Shown here piece after piece: positions 63,850-64,000 of a stretch of DNA of 64,000 bases. Under the pieces are notes generated by a model. That model was not told where the DNA came from and searched no databases. It worked only from the letters and a program-made list of their open reading frames with translations. A program made the position numbers and the translations under genes. Each line of letters opens with the position of its first letter. The stretch's first letter is position 1. This stretch comes from Camelus dromedarius (Eukaryota), in NCBI RefSeq assembly GCF_036321535.1, contig NC_087437.1, positions 30,134,001 to 30,198,000 on the forward strand. The letters are read 5' to 3'.

Positions 63850-64000
63850 TTTCAAGAATATCTTTATTCTTATAACAACCTATGAAAAAGGTATACTTAT
63901 CTTCATTTGACCAATGGAGAAACCTAATTTCAGAGAGTTTAAGTTATATGCCCAAGGATTCAAGTTGAAAAATGGTAGGACCAGCTTTGAACCCTAATTT
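63850..64000 (-). mobile_element. MIR SINE
   Basis: 'cttataacaaccctatg'-like start, 'cagagagtttaagttatatgcccaagg', 'tttgaaccc'. Confidence 0.7.

Noticed and set aside
1..64000. A novel multi-gene system (defence island, operon, CRISPR, endogenous viral ORFs)
   Set aside because: The sequence is repeat-rich mammalian non-coding DNA. I saw no long ORFs, gene clusters, spacer arrays or ERV internal genes.

Overview
AT-rich, CpG-depleted mammalian genomic DNA, most likely camelid (alpaca/llama/camel), because it carries two tRNA-Ala-like Vic-1-type SINEs and I saw no ruminant or pig SINEs. I cannot support any intact protein-coding gene, RNA gene, CpG island or CRISPR-like array. The window looks intergenic or deep-intronic, and roughly half of it is interspersed repeat: L1 of several ages, HAL1, L2, L3/CR1, MIR, MaLR/ERVL/ERV1 solo LTRs, hAT-Charlie MITEs and a Tc2/Kanga-type transposon relic. 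The supplied ORFs are L1 or transposon remnants, or chance ORFs. I found no convincing novel biological system. The most interesting signals are retrotransposition footprints: a probable L1 3' transduction, a ~60-bp chimeric inverted micro-insertion, two TSD-flanked poly(A) micro-insertions and an internally deleted L1 nested in an older L1. There are also a CpG-retaining MER41-like LTR, two perfect inverted repeats and a few TF-motif clusters. Repeat family names come from recall of consensus sequences, not from a database search, and boundaries of old repeats are approximate.
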